DNA from: Clostridia bacterium
Lineage (GTDB): Bacteria > Bacillota > Clostridia > Oscillospirales > CAG-272
DNA: 50,432 nucleotides
Assembly: GCA_017414385.1 (NCBI GenBank)
Contig: JAFQMO010000124.1
Location: 1-50,432, forward strand
Direction: 5' to 3'
In this document: positions 27,579 through 36,767 of the stretch, in pieces
Layout of the letters: each line of letters starts with the position of its first letter
How positions within the stretch are numbered: the first letter of the stretch is position 1
Made by a program: the position numbers and the translations under genes
Notes under the pieces: generated by a model
Databases searched by the model: none
What the model was told of the DNA's origin: nothing
Seen by the model: the letters and a program-made list of their open reading frames with translations, nothing else

Positions 27579-28147
27579 TATGATTTCGTGATTGGGTAGG
27601 GGAGCGTTTTGGGATATTCGCCGCGTGGATCGAGCGATCGGAGATAGGCAAAGCAAGCATCCTCTCCCTCGTTGGCAAGCATGCAAAAAAGAGATTCAAG
27701 AAGCAGTGCGGTTTCTCTGTGCATCTCGTTTCGGTCGGGTCCGGAACGAAAATACTGCAGGGGATGGTTATTGTCATATTTTTCGCCGCGATAAATCTTG
27801 GATGCGGCCACACGGTCGCAAAACATCTCCATAACAAAGCGCAAGGGCATTTTGATGGGGACATTTGTTTTTTCCAGCTCGGAAAAATCACGCCAATACT
27901 CGAAGTGATGTCTGTTACGGCCCTTGTGATGCATCCATGCGGAGGAGTAACCCTTTTCTTCTCTTTCCGCGGCGTTGGGACTGCGTCGCCCCTGAAAATA
28001 ATGTGCACCTGCAAAAAACTCTGCCGGTGAATACTTGGACAGATCGTGAAGCAGCCCCTGCAGACCGATACCGGCTCGAAAGCAATGCACGATAACACGG
28101 TGTCTGTGGCGGGTGATCACGAGAAAATGCTTGATGGGATGGCTCAT
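27578..28147 (-). CDS. DUF5662-like HD-type protein
   Basis: ITRHRHRV, GLLHDLSKYSP and AWMHHKGRNRHHFEYW motifs. ATGA overlap with the recombinase gene. Confidence 0.7.
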   Translation of the reverse strand: MSHPIKHFLVITRHRHRVIVHCFRAGIGLQGLLHDLSKYSPAEFFAGAHYFQGRRSPNAAEREEKGYSSAWMHHKGRNRHHFEYWRDFSELEKTNVPIKMPLRFVMEMFCDRVAASKIYRGEKYDNNHPLQYFRSGPDRNEMHRETALLLESLFCMLANEGEDACFAYLRSLDPRGEYPKTLPYPITKS

Positions 28148-29244
28148 GTCGGCGGTTCCTCTTGGGTATTTTTTTTCGTTCTCATTTGAAATACGTTTCT
28201 GTGGCGGAGCAGGTTTTCCGTTGATTCCTCCACATAGTATTGCTTTGTCGTGTTGACATCATTATGGCCGAGTGCTTGTGCAACCAAAAAAATATCTCCT
28301 GTTTCGTTATAGAGCTCGGTTCCATATGTTTTGCGGAGCTTGTGCGGTGTAATATGTTCCTTGGTGCCGATCAAAACGGTATATTTGCGGACCAATGCCT
28401 CGACGGTCTGTACACACATCCTTCTCCTTCGTTCAGACAGAAACAGTGCATCTTCATCAAGCGGAGAGGCGGGAGTGATGCTTTCACGAAGCTGTAAATA
28501 ATCTTTGATTGCGGCAATAACCTCGTCACTGAGTGCGATCCGTTGCCGCTTGGCACCCTTTCTATCGACCTCCAAAATGCAGTTCTCCAGATCCAGATCG
28601 GAGATATTGATGCCGACACATTCGGATACACGGATCCCTGTGCCGAGCAGGATGCTGAAGATGGCAAGATCCCGTACCTTATTTCGTTCCAGAGCGGACC
28701 GTTGCCGTTTGGAAAGAGAGCCTGACACGAGCGATTGTGCCGTTTTGGCACCACCTTCCACGGTATCGAGGAGCAGGGGGATCTCCTTTGGCTGAAGCTT
28801 TACCATATGTGTTGCGTTTTTGGACTCGTTTTTTGTGATTTTTTCGGCTTTATCCAGGGGATTTGCTGTCAAAAGATCTTTGCGGATCAAGTACAGAAAA
28901 AAAGAATTCAAGCAACAGAATTTTCGGTGGACACCTGCATAATGATTTCCGGTGCTCCATAGATATGCGACATATGCATCAATATCTGAACCACGCAGCG
29001 CTGCCAGCACATCAATGGTGATCTCAGAAAGTGCATCTCCCGGCAGCGACGACGTTGTGTCACGCAGCCAGAGGAAAAAATGACGGATGTCATACGCATA
29101 GGAAAGTCTTGTTTTTGCAGTGGAGTTTCCTTTTCTCATAGAGAGATATGCGGCCACGAACGGCGGAAGGTCACGGCAGATGGCAAAGGCTTTTTCGTCG
29201 ATCATATCATCATTTTGCGCGCGGTAGCTTCCGGGCTTTGCCAT
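28144..29244 (-). CDS. Tyrosine recombinase (XerC/XerS-like)
   Basis: Complete catalytic set: GIRVSE (R), RKG (K), TPHKLR (H-x-x-R), LGH and TTKQY (Y). N-terminal SAM-like region TRLSYAYDIRHFF. Confidence 0.9.
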   Translation of the reverse strand: MAKPGSYRAQNDDMIDEKAFAICRDLPPFVAAYLSMRKGNSTAKTRLSYAYDIRHFFLWLRDTTSSLPGDALSEITIDVLAALRGSDIDAYVAYLWSTGNHYAGVHRKFCCLNSFFLYLIRKDLLTANPLDKAEKITKNESKNATHMVKLQPKEIPLLLDTVEGGAKTAQSLVSGSLSKRQRSALERNKVRDLAIFSILLGTGIRVSECVGINISDLDLENCILEVDRKGAKRQRIALSDEVIAAIKDYLQLRESITPASPLDEDALFLSERRRRMCVQTVEALVRKYTVLIGTKEHITPHKLRKTYGTELYNETGDIFLVAQALGHNDVNTTKQYYVEESTENLLRHRNVFQMRTKKNTQEEPPT

Positions 29245-29271
29245 GACTATCCCTCCTTTTTGAATTGCGGT

Positions 29272-29532
29272 CTATTTGCGATTTTTTGCACGCATCCGTA
29301 AAAGCTGCATTTTTTTTCGGATGGATGCACGTTTTTTCTGTGTATCCTCCGGAAGAGGCTCAACGGAGAGTACGGTACCGTTTTCATCGATCTCAACAGA
29401 GAAAACCGTTCCCTCTGTCGGCGGACAGCCGTCGAATCGTCCGAGGGGTACCGTTATGATATTTTCTTGCATATCCTGCAGAATGACCGTTCCCTCTTCC
29501 AAACGGTCCACGGTCAGTTGTTCCTTTTTCAT
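29272..29532 (-). CDS. DUF3006-like small protein
   Basis: VDRLEEGTVILQ...EGTV...T..KRASIRKKM pattern, with GGGGGGC RBS. Confidence 0.65.
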   Translation of the reverse strand: MKKEQLTVDRLEEGTVILQDMQENIITVPLGRFDGCPPTEGTVFSVEIDENGTVLSVEPLPEDTQKKRASIRKKMQLLRMRAKNRK

Positions 29533-29633
29533 GCTGTGCCCCCCTTGGATTTTGTTGAAGCGATACGGAGACCGCCCCTATACGGTACGGCATCGTTTGC
29601 GATGTCCCATTTGCTGATCATACCGATATGCAT

Positions 29634-29662
29634 ATTATATCAAAGATCCGTGTAACTGTCAA
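29634..29662 (-). promoter_or_regulatory. Consensus sigma-A promoter for the DUF3006-xer-DUF5662 unit
   Basis: Minus strand TTGACA, 17 bp, TG-extended TATAAT. Confidence 0.85.
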
Positions 29663-29676
29663 GAATAACCGCGGCG

Positions 29677-29710
29677 AAAAAGAAACGGTACACCGCGCGG
29701 CGTACCGTTT
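29677..29710 (-). terminator. Intrinsic terminator
   Basis: AAACGGTAC...GTACCGTTT hairpin with a minus-strand U-run. Confidence 0.6.
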
Positions 29711-29720
29711 GTAAGAAAGG

Positions 29721-29963
29721 TTACAGAAGTGCAAAGATCAAGCGCAGGATGGAATCTTCCGCGGAGAGCTTTCCATTTTTTTGTGTGATCCTCTGACAGT
29801 TGTCGGGGAGAAAAGAAAGATCCGCATAGGAGACTGCATTGCAGATGGAGGAGCGGATCTCCTGCAACGAGATATTCTCTTCTTGCGCAAGCTGCTCGAG
29901 GATCGTTTGAATGCGTGCGAGTACAGCCTCTTTGTCATCATATACCATAATAAACCCAATCAC
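29721..29963 (-). CDS. Small hypothetical protein
   Basis: 80-aa helical-looking ORF with AAGGA upstream, followed by a terminator. Start uncertain. Confidence 0.45.
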   Translation of the reverse strand: MIGFIMVYDDKEAVLARIQTILEQLAQEENISLQEIRSSICNAVSYADLSFLPDNCQRITQKNGKLSAEDSILRLIFALL

Positions 29964-30054
29964 ATCCTTTTTTGTTTTCGGAACGGAATGAAATACAGGT
30001 GTTAGTATACGGAAAAAGAGCCTGTTTATTCATGCTTGAAAAAAGCAGATACTG

Positions 30055-30678
30055 TCAGCGGTCATCGTTGGAAGCGAGCGCATCCAACATATTACGCATG
30101 GTTTGTTCATCCAAATAACCGATATGTGTGGACACGATTTTTTTGTTTTGATCGATCAGCACCGTTGTCGGCAGATAAATGACCCCATAGGCAATGGCTG
30201 CATCCCGGTCGAGATCATAATAAGTCGGGAAGGTGAAGCCCTCATTTTTTAAGAAGGCGGCAGCCGTTGCTATTGTTTCGCGATAACCGTCGGTCATATT
30301 GATTACCATAAAGCTTACGTGATCCAGATATTCGGCGTAGATCTTTTCGAGATTGTGCAGCTCCAGTTTACACGGGGAACACCAGGATGCAAAGAAGCTG
30401 ATCATTACGGGACGGTCGATCGAGTCAAAAAGAGTGATAGGCTTCCCGTCAATGTCATATACCGTGAAATCCCAAGCGGTATCCTTGTTATCGGAAGCGG
30501 ACGGATGTTCATTTTCTGCGGAGTCGGTGTGCTCTGCATCAGATGCGTTTGTCTGAGGATCAGAGACCGTATTGGAAGGGTCATAATTCTCGGACAAGTA
30601 CCGGTAACCGAGAAATGCTCCTGCCAAAACAATGACAAAAACGATACATAGGATCAAAACAGAATGGTACTGCTTCAT
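30055..30678 (-). CDS. TlpA/ResA-like membrane-anchored thioredoxin
   Basis: N-terminal TM, DFTVYD, FFASWCSPCKLE and LPTTVLID motifs. Confidence 0.88.
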   Translation of the reverse strand: MKQYHSVLILCIVFVIVLAGAFLGYRYLSENYDPSNTVSDPQTNASDAEHTDSAENEHPSASDNKDTAWDFTVYDIDGKPITLFDSIDRPVMISFFASWCSPCKLELHNLEKIYAEYLDHVSFMVINMTDGYRETIATAAAFLKNEGFTFPTYYDLDRDAAIAYGVIYLPTTVLIDQNKKIVSTHIGYLDEQTMRNMLDALASNDDR

Positions 30679-30693
30679 AGGCTGCTCTCCTCC

Positions 30694-31359
30694 TTATGCA
30701 AAAAGAGATAAAAATGAACTCAACCAACCGAGCATCATGGAAATTCCCATGACGATCAGAAGGGTTCCGCAAATGATATTGATAATACGGTAGTGCTTTT
30801 TGATTGCTTGTATGGTATCGCGAAGACGATCGATCAGAAGCGCGGATAAAATGAAGGGAATACCAAGTCCCATGGAGTAAGCAAGAAGCAGAAGCAATCC
30901 TTTTACGGCACTGCCGGCGTGCGATGCAAGCATCAATGCGGCACCTAAAAAAGCACCGACACACGGTGTCAGACTGACGGAATACACAAGGCCGAAAAGA
31001 AATGCGGTCACGATCCCGCTGATAGAAATCCGCTTGCGTTTGCCGCTGATAGAGGGCAATTGGAAAACACCGAGGAAGGAGAGCCCCAGAAGACAGACAA
31101 TAATACCGCTGATGATATTAACCGCTTGTCTGTATCGGCTGAGCAGCATTCCAAGTGTTCCGGCAAACAGACCGAGTGCACAAAAGACCGTGGTAAAGCC
31201 AAGTACAAAGGAGATGGCGCGCAGGACGGTGGAGGCGTTGTTTCTACGATTCTCGGTTTCGGTCCCGGCAAAAAACGAAATATACAACGGAAGGAGAGGG
31301 AGCATGCATGGAGAAAGGAATGAGATGAGTCCCTCAAGAAAGGTAATCAGATAAGACAT
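30694..31359 (-). CDS. ccdA: CcdA-family (DsbD transmembrane domain) thiol-redox protein
   Basis: GLISFLSPCMLPLLP and LTPCVG motifs, about six TM segments. Confidence 0.85.
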   Translation of the reverse strand: MSYLITFLEGLISFLSPCMLPLLPLYISFFAGTETENRRNNASTVLRAISFVLGFTTVFCALGLFAGTLGMLLSRYRQAVNIISGIIVCLLGLSFLGVFQLPSISGKRKRISISGIVTAFLFGLVYSVSLTPCVGAFLGAALMLASHAGSAVKGLLLLLAYSMGLGIPFILSALLIDRLRDTIQAIKKHYRIINIICGTLLIVMGISMMLGWLSSFLSLFA

Positions 31360-31678
31360 GTGATTTACTGCGTTCCGTGATCCGTGACGGATTGCCCGGC
31401 TGCAGGATACAGCACTCCCTTCTTTGATTTTGAGAAAACAGGATGAAGACTGTCGATCTCGGATTCTGTTGTTAGTATATCAACGGAATGTGATGCGAAT
31501 TCGTATAATCATTGAATTATTTGTTAACGATACGGTGGAGAGGTGCTTTTTTGCAGTCTGTTACAATAAAATTTACATTTCAGATATGGTAATTATTGCA
31601 TATTTATAGTATAATAAAGAAAATTATCTTTTGGCTTTCGCCGCAAGATAGAGTACGTAAGATTGGAAGTATACGCAA

Positions 31679-34465
31679 ATGGGACTGATTGATAAACTTT
31701 TTGGAACATACAGTGAACGTCAGGTAAAGAGACTGATGGGTACGGTTGCGCGTGTTGAGGCACTTTCTGATAAATATAAGGGGATGTCGGACGATGAATT
31801 GAAGAAGCAGACCGCAAGACTGAAGGCTCGTCTGCGTGACGGAGAAACGTTGGACGATATTTTGCCCGATGCATTTGCCGTTGTCAGAGAGGCGGATGAG
31901 CGTGTATTGAACAAGCGGCCCTTCCAGGTTCAGGTCCTTGGCGGTATCGTTATTCATCAGGGACGTATTGCCGAAATGAAAACCGGTGAGGGTAAGACAT
32001 TGATGGCAACAATGCCTGCTTACCTGAATGCATTGACAGAGAAAGGCGTTCATATTATCACAGTCAATGATTATCTTGCACGTGTCGGTGCCGAAGAAAT
32101 GGGAAGAGTATATGCATTTTTGGGATTGAAGACAGGTCTTGTTGTGCACGGCATGTCGAAGCAGGAAAAAAAGGATGCATACAATGCGGATATTACCTAT
32201 GGTACTAACAATGAGTTTGGTTTTGATTATCTGCGTGATAATATGGTTCTGTACAAGGAGGAGATGGTACAGCGCGGACACGTTTTTGCGATTGTTGACG
32301 AGGTAGACTCGATTTTGATCGACGAAGCGCGTACACCGCTTATTATTTCCGGTCAGGGTGAAAAGTCAACGATGCTGTATGACTTGGCTGACCGTTTTGT
32401 GCAGACACTCTCCTGCTATAAGGTCAAGGAGATGGATGACAAGGATGATATGGAGGAAATCCAAGAGGATTACCTTGTCGACGAAAAGGCGAAAAATGCT
32501 GTTTTGACCGGTAACGGTATCAAACGCGCAGAGGAATATTTCCATGTTGAGGATTTTTCCGATCCGCAGAATTCCGCACTTGCGCATCATATCAATCAGG
32601 CTCTTCATGCGCATGGTTGTATGCAGCGCGATGTTGACTATATTGTGAAAAAGGATGAAAACGGCGAGGAAAAGGTTGTTATCATCGATGCATTCACCGG
32701 ACGCCAAATGCCCGGAAGACGTTATTCCGACGGTCTGCATCAGGCGATCGAAGCAAAGGAGCATGTTAAGATCGAGCGCGAGTCCAAGACCTTAGCGACG
32801 ATTACCTTCCAGAATTTCTTCCGTCTTTACAAGAAGCTTTCCGGTATGACCGGTACTGCTCTGACTGAGGAAGAAGAGTTTCGTGAGATCTATAACTTGG
32901 ACGTTGTTGTCATTCCGACCAATAAGCCGATGATTCGTATTGACCATCCGGATTCGGTCTATAAGAATACCCGCGGCAAATATCGGGCAATTATTGATCA
33001 GATCAAGATCTGCTATCAAAAGGGACAGCCCGTTCTTGTCGGTACGGTTTCCGTTGATAAGTCAGAGTATTTGTCCGGTCTGCTGAAGAAGGAAGGGATC
33101 CCGCATACGGTCTTGAATGCCAAATACCATGACAAAGAAGCGGAGATCGTTGCGGAGGCAGGTAAGTTTAAGGCGGTTACCATTTCGACCAACATGGCAG
33201 GTCGAGGAACGGATATTCAGCTCGGCGGTAATCCCGAATTTCTTGCAAAGAGAGAAATGCGTACGATGGGTTATGCGGAGGAGGTTATCATCGATGCAAC
33301 CGGTACATCTGTTTCCGTAAGTGAGGAGGCAATGGCCGCAAGAGAGATTTTCTACTCTCTCTATAGGAAGTACAGAGATGAGATCGCACCCGAGGCAAAA
33401 AAGATTTGCGAGCTTGGCGGTTTGTTTATTATCGGTACGGAACGCCATGAATCCCGCCGTATTGATAATCAGCTGCGAGGACGTTCGGGACGTCAGGGTG
33501 ACCCCGGCGAATCGCGTTTCTATCTCTCCTTTGAGGATGATCTGATGCGTTTGTTCGGTTCAGACCGTATATTGGGGGTTGTTGAAAAGCTTGGTCTTGA
33601 AGAGGATCAGCCCATCGATGCGCGTATTCTTTCCAATTCCATTGAAAGTGCACAGAAAAAGCTTGAAAGCATCAACTTTGAACGCAGAAAGAATGTGCTT
33701 ACCTATGACGATGTTATGAATCAGCAGCGTCATGTCATCTATTCTCAGAGACAAGAGGTTTTGGATGGTGTAGATATCAAGGATAAGATCCAGAAGATGA
33801 TCTCCGAAACCATCGTGAATGCTGTCAACAGCTTTACGACCGCTGAGGTTGCAGATGACTGGAACTTTGACGGCCTGCGTACGTATTTCTTTGGTACGCT
33901 TTGCAGGGCGGAGGATTTCCACTATACTGCGGATGATTTCAATACCTTGCAGAGAAAGGATCTTGTAAAGATCCTTCAGGAGCGTGCAGATGAGGTCTAT
34001 GCAGAAAAAACTGCTTTGTTTGGAGATGAGTCGCTGCGTGAGATTGAGCGTGTGGTCCTTCTGCGCAACGTAGATACCAGATGGATGGATCACCTGGATG
34101 CAATGGACGATCTGAAGGGAAGCATCCGTCTTCAGGCGTATGCACACAGAAATCCCGTAACGGAATTCCGTCTGCAGTCCGGTGATATGTTTGATGAAAT
34201 GATCGACGGCATCAAGGAAAGCACGACACGCACATTGTTGTCCATCATCCCCTCCAACCGTGAGATCAAGAGAGAAACGGTCGCGAAGGCAACCTCCGAG
34301 GGCTTTGAGGGAGGAGAATCTCTGACACCCGCTGCTCCTGCTTCGCCGTCTGCTCCGAAAAAAGCAGATGGCTCTAAGGTTGGAAGAAATGATCCCTGTC
34401 CTTGCGGAAGCGGGAAAAAGTATAAGAAATGCTGCGGCTTTAATCCCGCAGAGCCCGATGCATAA
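31679..34465 (+). CDS. secA: Preprotein translocase subunit SecA
   Basis: EMKTGEGKT, IVDEVDSILIDEARTPLIISG, TNMAGRGTDI and RRIDNQLRGRSGRQGDPG motifs, plus C-terminal GRNDPCPCGSGKKYKKCC. Confidence 0.98.
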   Translation: MGLIDKLFGTYSERQVKRLMGTVARVEALSDKYKGMSDDELKKQTARLKARLRDGETLDDILPDAFAVVREADERVLNKRPFQVQVLGGIVIHQGRIAEMKTGEGKTLMATMPAYLNALTEKGVHIITVNDYLARVGAEEMGRVYAFLGLKTGLVVHGMSKQEKKDAYNADITYGTNNEFGFDYLRDNMVLYKEEMVQRGHVFAIVDEVDSILIDEARTPLIISGQGEKSTMLYDLADRFVQTLSCYKVKEMDDKDDMEEIQEDYLVDEKAKNAVLTGNGIKRAEEYFHVEDFSDPQNSALAHHINQALHAHGCMQRDVDYIVKKDENGEEKVVIIDAFTGRQMPGRRYSDGLHQAIEAKEHVKIERESKTLATITFQNFFRLYKKLSGMTGTALTEEEEFREIYNLDVVVIPTNKPMIRIDHPDSVYKNTRGKYRAIIDQIKICYQKGQPVLVGTVSVDKSEYLSGLLKKEGIPHTVLNAKYHDKEAEIVAEAGKFKAVTISTNMAGRGTDIQLGGNPEFLAKREMRTMGYAEEVIIDATGTSVSVSEEAMAAREIFYSLYRKYRDEIAPEAKKICELGGLFIIGTERHESRRIDNQLRGRSGRQGDPGESRFYLSFEDDLMRLFGSDRILGVVEKLGLEEDQPIDARILSNSIESAQKKLESINFERRKNVLTYDDVMNQQRHVIYSQRQEVLDGVDIKDKIQKMISETIVNAVNSFTTAEVADDWNFDGLRTYFFGTLCRAEDFHYTADDFNTLQRKDLVKILQERADEVYAEKTALFGDESLREIERVVLLRNVDTRWMDHLDAMDDLKGSIRLQAYAHRNPVTEFRLQSGDMFDEMIDGIKESTTRTLLSIIPSNREIKRETVAKATSEGFEGGESLTPAAPASPSAPKKADGSKVGRNDPCPCGSGKKYKKCCGFNPAEPDA

Positions 34466-34490
34466 CCGGAAGCATTGACAGGAGACGATC

Positions 34491-35237
34491 ATGGGCTTTG
34501 GTATCCTTGTTACAGGTTACATGTTTTTGCTTTCGATACCGATCAGTTCTATGGGTATCCCCGCTGAATTGATCGGGTACATCATGCTTAGTGTAGCGCT
34601 TTGGCGCCTTAAGCAGTATGAAAAATGGTTTTCTTATGCTTTATATGTGGATATCGCGCTGATCCCCTGCGGTGTTTTTTCCATTTTGAAAAGCAGCTTG
34701 CTTTGGTTTGGCAGGAATGATCTTTACGAAAAGATCCATACCACCGCTGCGTTGCCGTACAGTATTGTGCTTGCGGTGTTGCTGTTGCTGTTCCATTTGT
34801 GTTTGATGGAGGGCGTGCGGCGGATGGCGAAGGAGGTCGATCTTCCGAATATCGTCGAACAGGCGGTCCGCAGTGTGGTCTTGACATGGTTTTATTTTGC
34901 ACTGTCGGTCAGTGTCGTTTTCCTGAATATTCCAAAGGTCACAGAGGTTATTCCGTATACACACTTGATCGGTATTGTGATGGCGTTCAGTGTGGTATGG
35001 CTATTGTTGAATTTGAAGGTTCTTTACTGTTGTTATGCCTTGATCTGCATGCCCGGTGAAGAGGAGCTTCCTGAAGTGGAACAAAAACTTCCTGCATTTT
35101 TGCAAAAGAAAAAGAAAACAGAGCCTGAGGAGCCGTCAGAAGAACGTTATGCTCGCCGTAAAGCGGAATATAACGAGGCAATGCGGCAGAGACAGCTGGA
35201 GAGAACCAAGAAAAATAAGCGCAGAAAACGTCATTGA
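34491..35237 (+). CDS. Hypothetical polytopic membrane protein with basic C-terminal tail
   Basis: About six hydrophobic segments, AGGAG RBS, directly downstream of secA. Confidence 0.75.
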   Translation: MGFGILVTGYMFLLSIPISSMGIPAELIGYIMLSVALWRLKQYEKWFSYALYVDIALIPCGVFSILKSSLLWFGRNDLYEKIHTTAALPYSIVLAVLLLLFHLCLMEGVRRMAKEVDLPNIVEQAVRSVVLTWFYFALSVSVVFLNIPKVTEVIPYTHLIGIVMAFSVVWLLLNLKVLYCCYALICMPGEEELPEVEQKLPAFLQKKKKTEPEEPSEERYARRKAEYNEAMRQRQLERTKKNKRRKRH

Positions 35238-35268
35238 AGTCAGAAAGGACGGTTGACGCGAAGGACTT

Positions 35269-36702
35269 ATGAAAAAACGTTCTATGGGTTTGGGGTTGTT
35301 TGCATTCGGAATTCTCTTTCTTTGTAATCCGAATGTCAATGTGATTGATGTTTTGCCGGACGTGTTCGGATGGCTTTTGATCGCGTTGTCCATGACAACC
35401 TTTGCGTATATCAATGAAGACATGGCGAATGCACGGCGATTGGCGTGGATCCTATGTCTTGTTTCCACTATAAAGCTTTGGCCGATGTATTGCTCCCTTC
35501 AAGGAGAAAAGGCCTTTCCTCTGATGGCTGAACCGACAATGGTACTGGTTTTTGCGTGCTGCTTCGGTGCTCTTGAGATGGTCATGGGGATCATGATCCT
35601 TCGTACATGGATCTCTTCGGTTTCATATTTCGGTCTTATGAGCAACAGTACTGTAGCAATTCGCGGTGATGGCGGTCTGCATTTTATCACAGTGTATTTT
35701 TTGATTGCACGGGCTGTGGGAAGTGTCTTGCCGGAGCTGGTTTATTTGCGTACAACGGAATACCTCAGCGATGTCGTATACGGCGTTGTGATTGATATTC
35801 GTGATTACCGTCCGTACCTGATTGTTCTGTGTGCGGCAGCGGTTCTCTATGCCGGCATTGGCTTCTGCATATTGTTTTTCCGTTACCTTCGGCGGTTATC
35901 CAAGGATTCGCTCCATGCAGAAGCATACCTTCGCTTAACGGAAGAGAACGAGGACAAGATTACAAACAAGGGTACGATGGAGCGGATTCGAATTGCTTTC
36001 TTTCTGATGATGCTCGGCGGCGTATTTCTGTGTTATTTCTCCGTGGATTTTGTGAATATTCTCCCTGATTTTGTTGGTTTGCTGCTCCTTGCTGCAGCGG
36101 TATTCCTCCTGAGAAAAAAGCTTTGTGTTTCTAAGAGCTTGCCGCTTCTGTTCGGCGGAGGTGCCCTGATATCTGCTGTTTATTACGGTGTTCGCTGGTG
36201 GCACAGTCATGAGCATGCAACAATGTGGGCGGATAACTACACAGACTATTTCAACAGAACGATTGCAATCAGTGTGGAGCATCAGACACGGTTGATGCAG
36301 TTGCAGTTGATCATGGTTTTGTGTTCTGTAATAGAAACGGCGATCGTATGTTTTTTGTTCTATCGGTTTCTGAAAACCGTTGATGGGATCCAGACCATCA
36401 ACGCCCATGATGCGCATAATGTATATGACAGTATGCCGACGGAGTATCAATCCTTGGAGAAACTGCATTTTGCAAAGCAGTTAAAGCATTGTTTTGTGTG
36501 GCTGTGTATTTCTGTGGGATTTGAGCTTTTGCATACGCTTCCAATGTTTTCCTTTGTAATTTCTCCGTTCCCCATGATTCATATTGTGATCAATGGTGTG
36601 TTTTTGTGTATATTCTATCGGTATTTGATGTCACGTTTCCAGGTTGCGGAGTACCATTATCGTTATCACGGAGATAAACAGTCCGATCCAAAGACCTCTT
36701 GA
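35269..36702 (+). CDS. Hypothetical polytopic membrane protein with internal duplication
   Basis: Many TM segments and a repeated motif, IDVLPDVFGWLL and VNILPDFVGLLL. Confidence 0.75.
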   Translation: MKKRSMGLGLFAFGILFLCNPNVNVIDVLPDVFGWLLIALSMTTFAYINEDMANARRLAWILCLVSTIKLWPMYCSLQGEKAFPLMAEPTMVLVFACCFGALEMVMGIMILRTWISSVSYFGLMSNSTVAIRGDGGLHFITVYFLIARAVGSVLPELVYLRTTEYLSDVVYGVVIDIRDYRPYLIVLCAAAVLYAGIGFCILFFRYLRRLSKDSLHAEAYLRLTEENEDKITNKGTMERIRIAFFLMMLGGVFLCYFSVDFVNILPDFVGLLLLAAAVFLLRKKLCVSKSLPLLFGGGALISAVYYGVRWWHSHEHATMWADNYTDYFNRTIAISVEHQTRLMQLQLIMVLCSVIETAIVCFLFYRFLKTVDGIQTINAHDAHNVYDSMPTEYQSLEKLHFAKQLKHCFVWLCISVGFELLHTLPMFSFVISPFPMIHIVINGVFLCIFYRYLMSRFQVAEYHYRYHGDKQSDPKTS

Positions 36703-36725
36703 TCCCCGATATATCATCGTATATG

Positions 36726-36762
36726 AAAAAACCTCGACAAGTTATTCATGTCGAGGTTTTTT
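36726..36762. terminator. Bidirectional terminator
   Basis: AAAAAACCTCGACA...TGTCGAGGTTTTTT. Confidence 0.85.
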
Positions 36763-36767
36763 GCTGT

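Noticed and set aside
28144-29244. Tyrosine recombinase as the integrase of a genomic island
   Set aside because: No att-like repeats, tRNA target or mobile cargo. It looks like a resident clostridial Xer-type gene.
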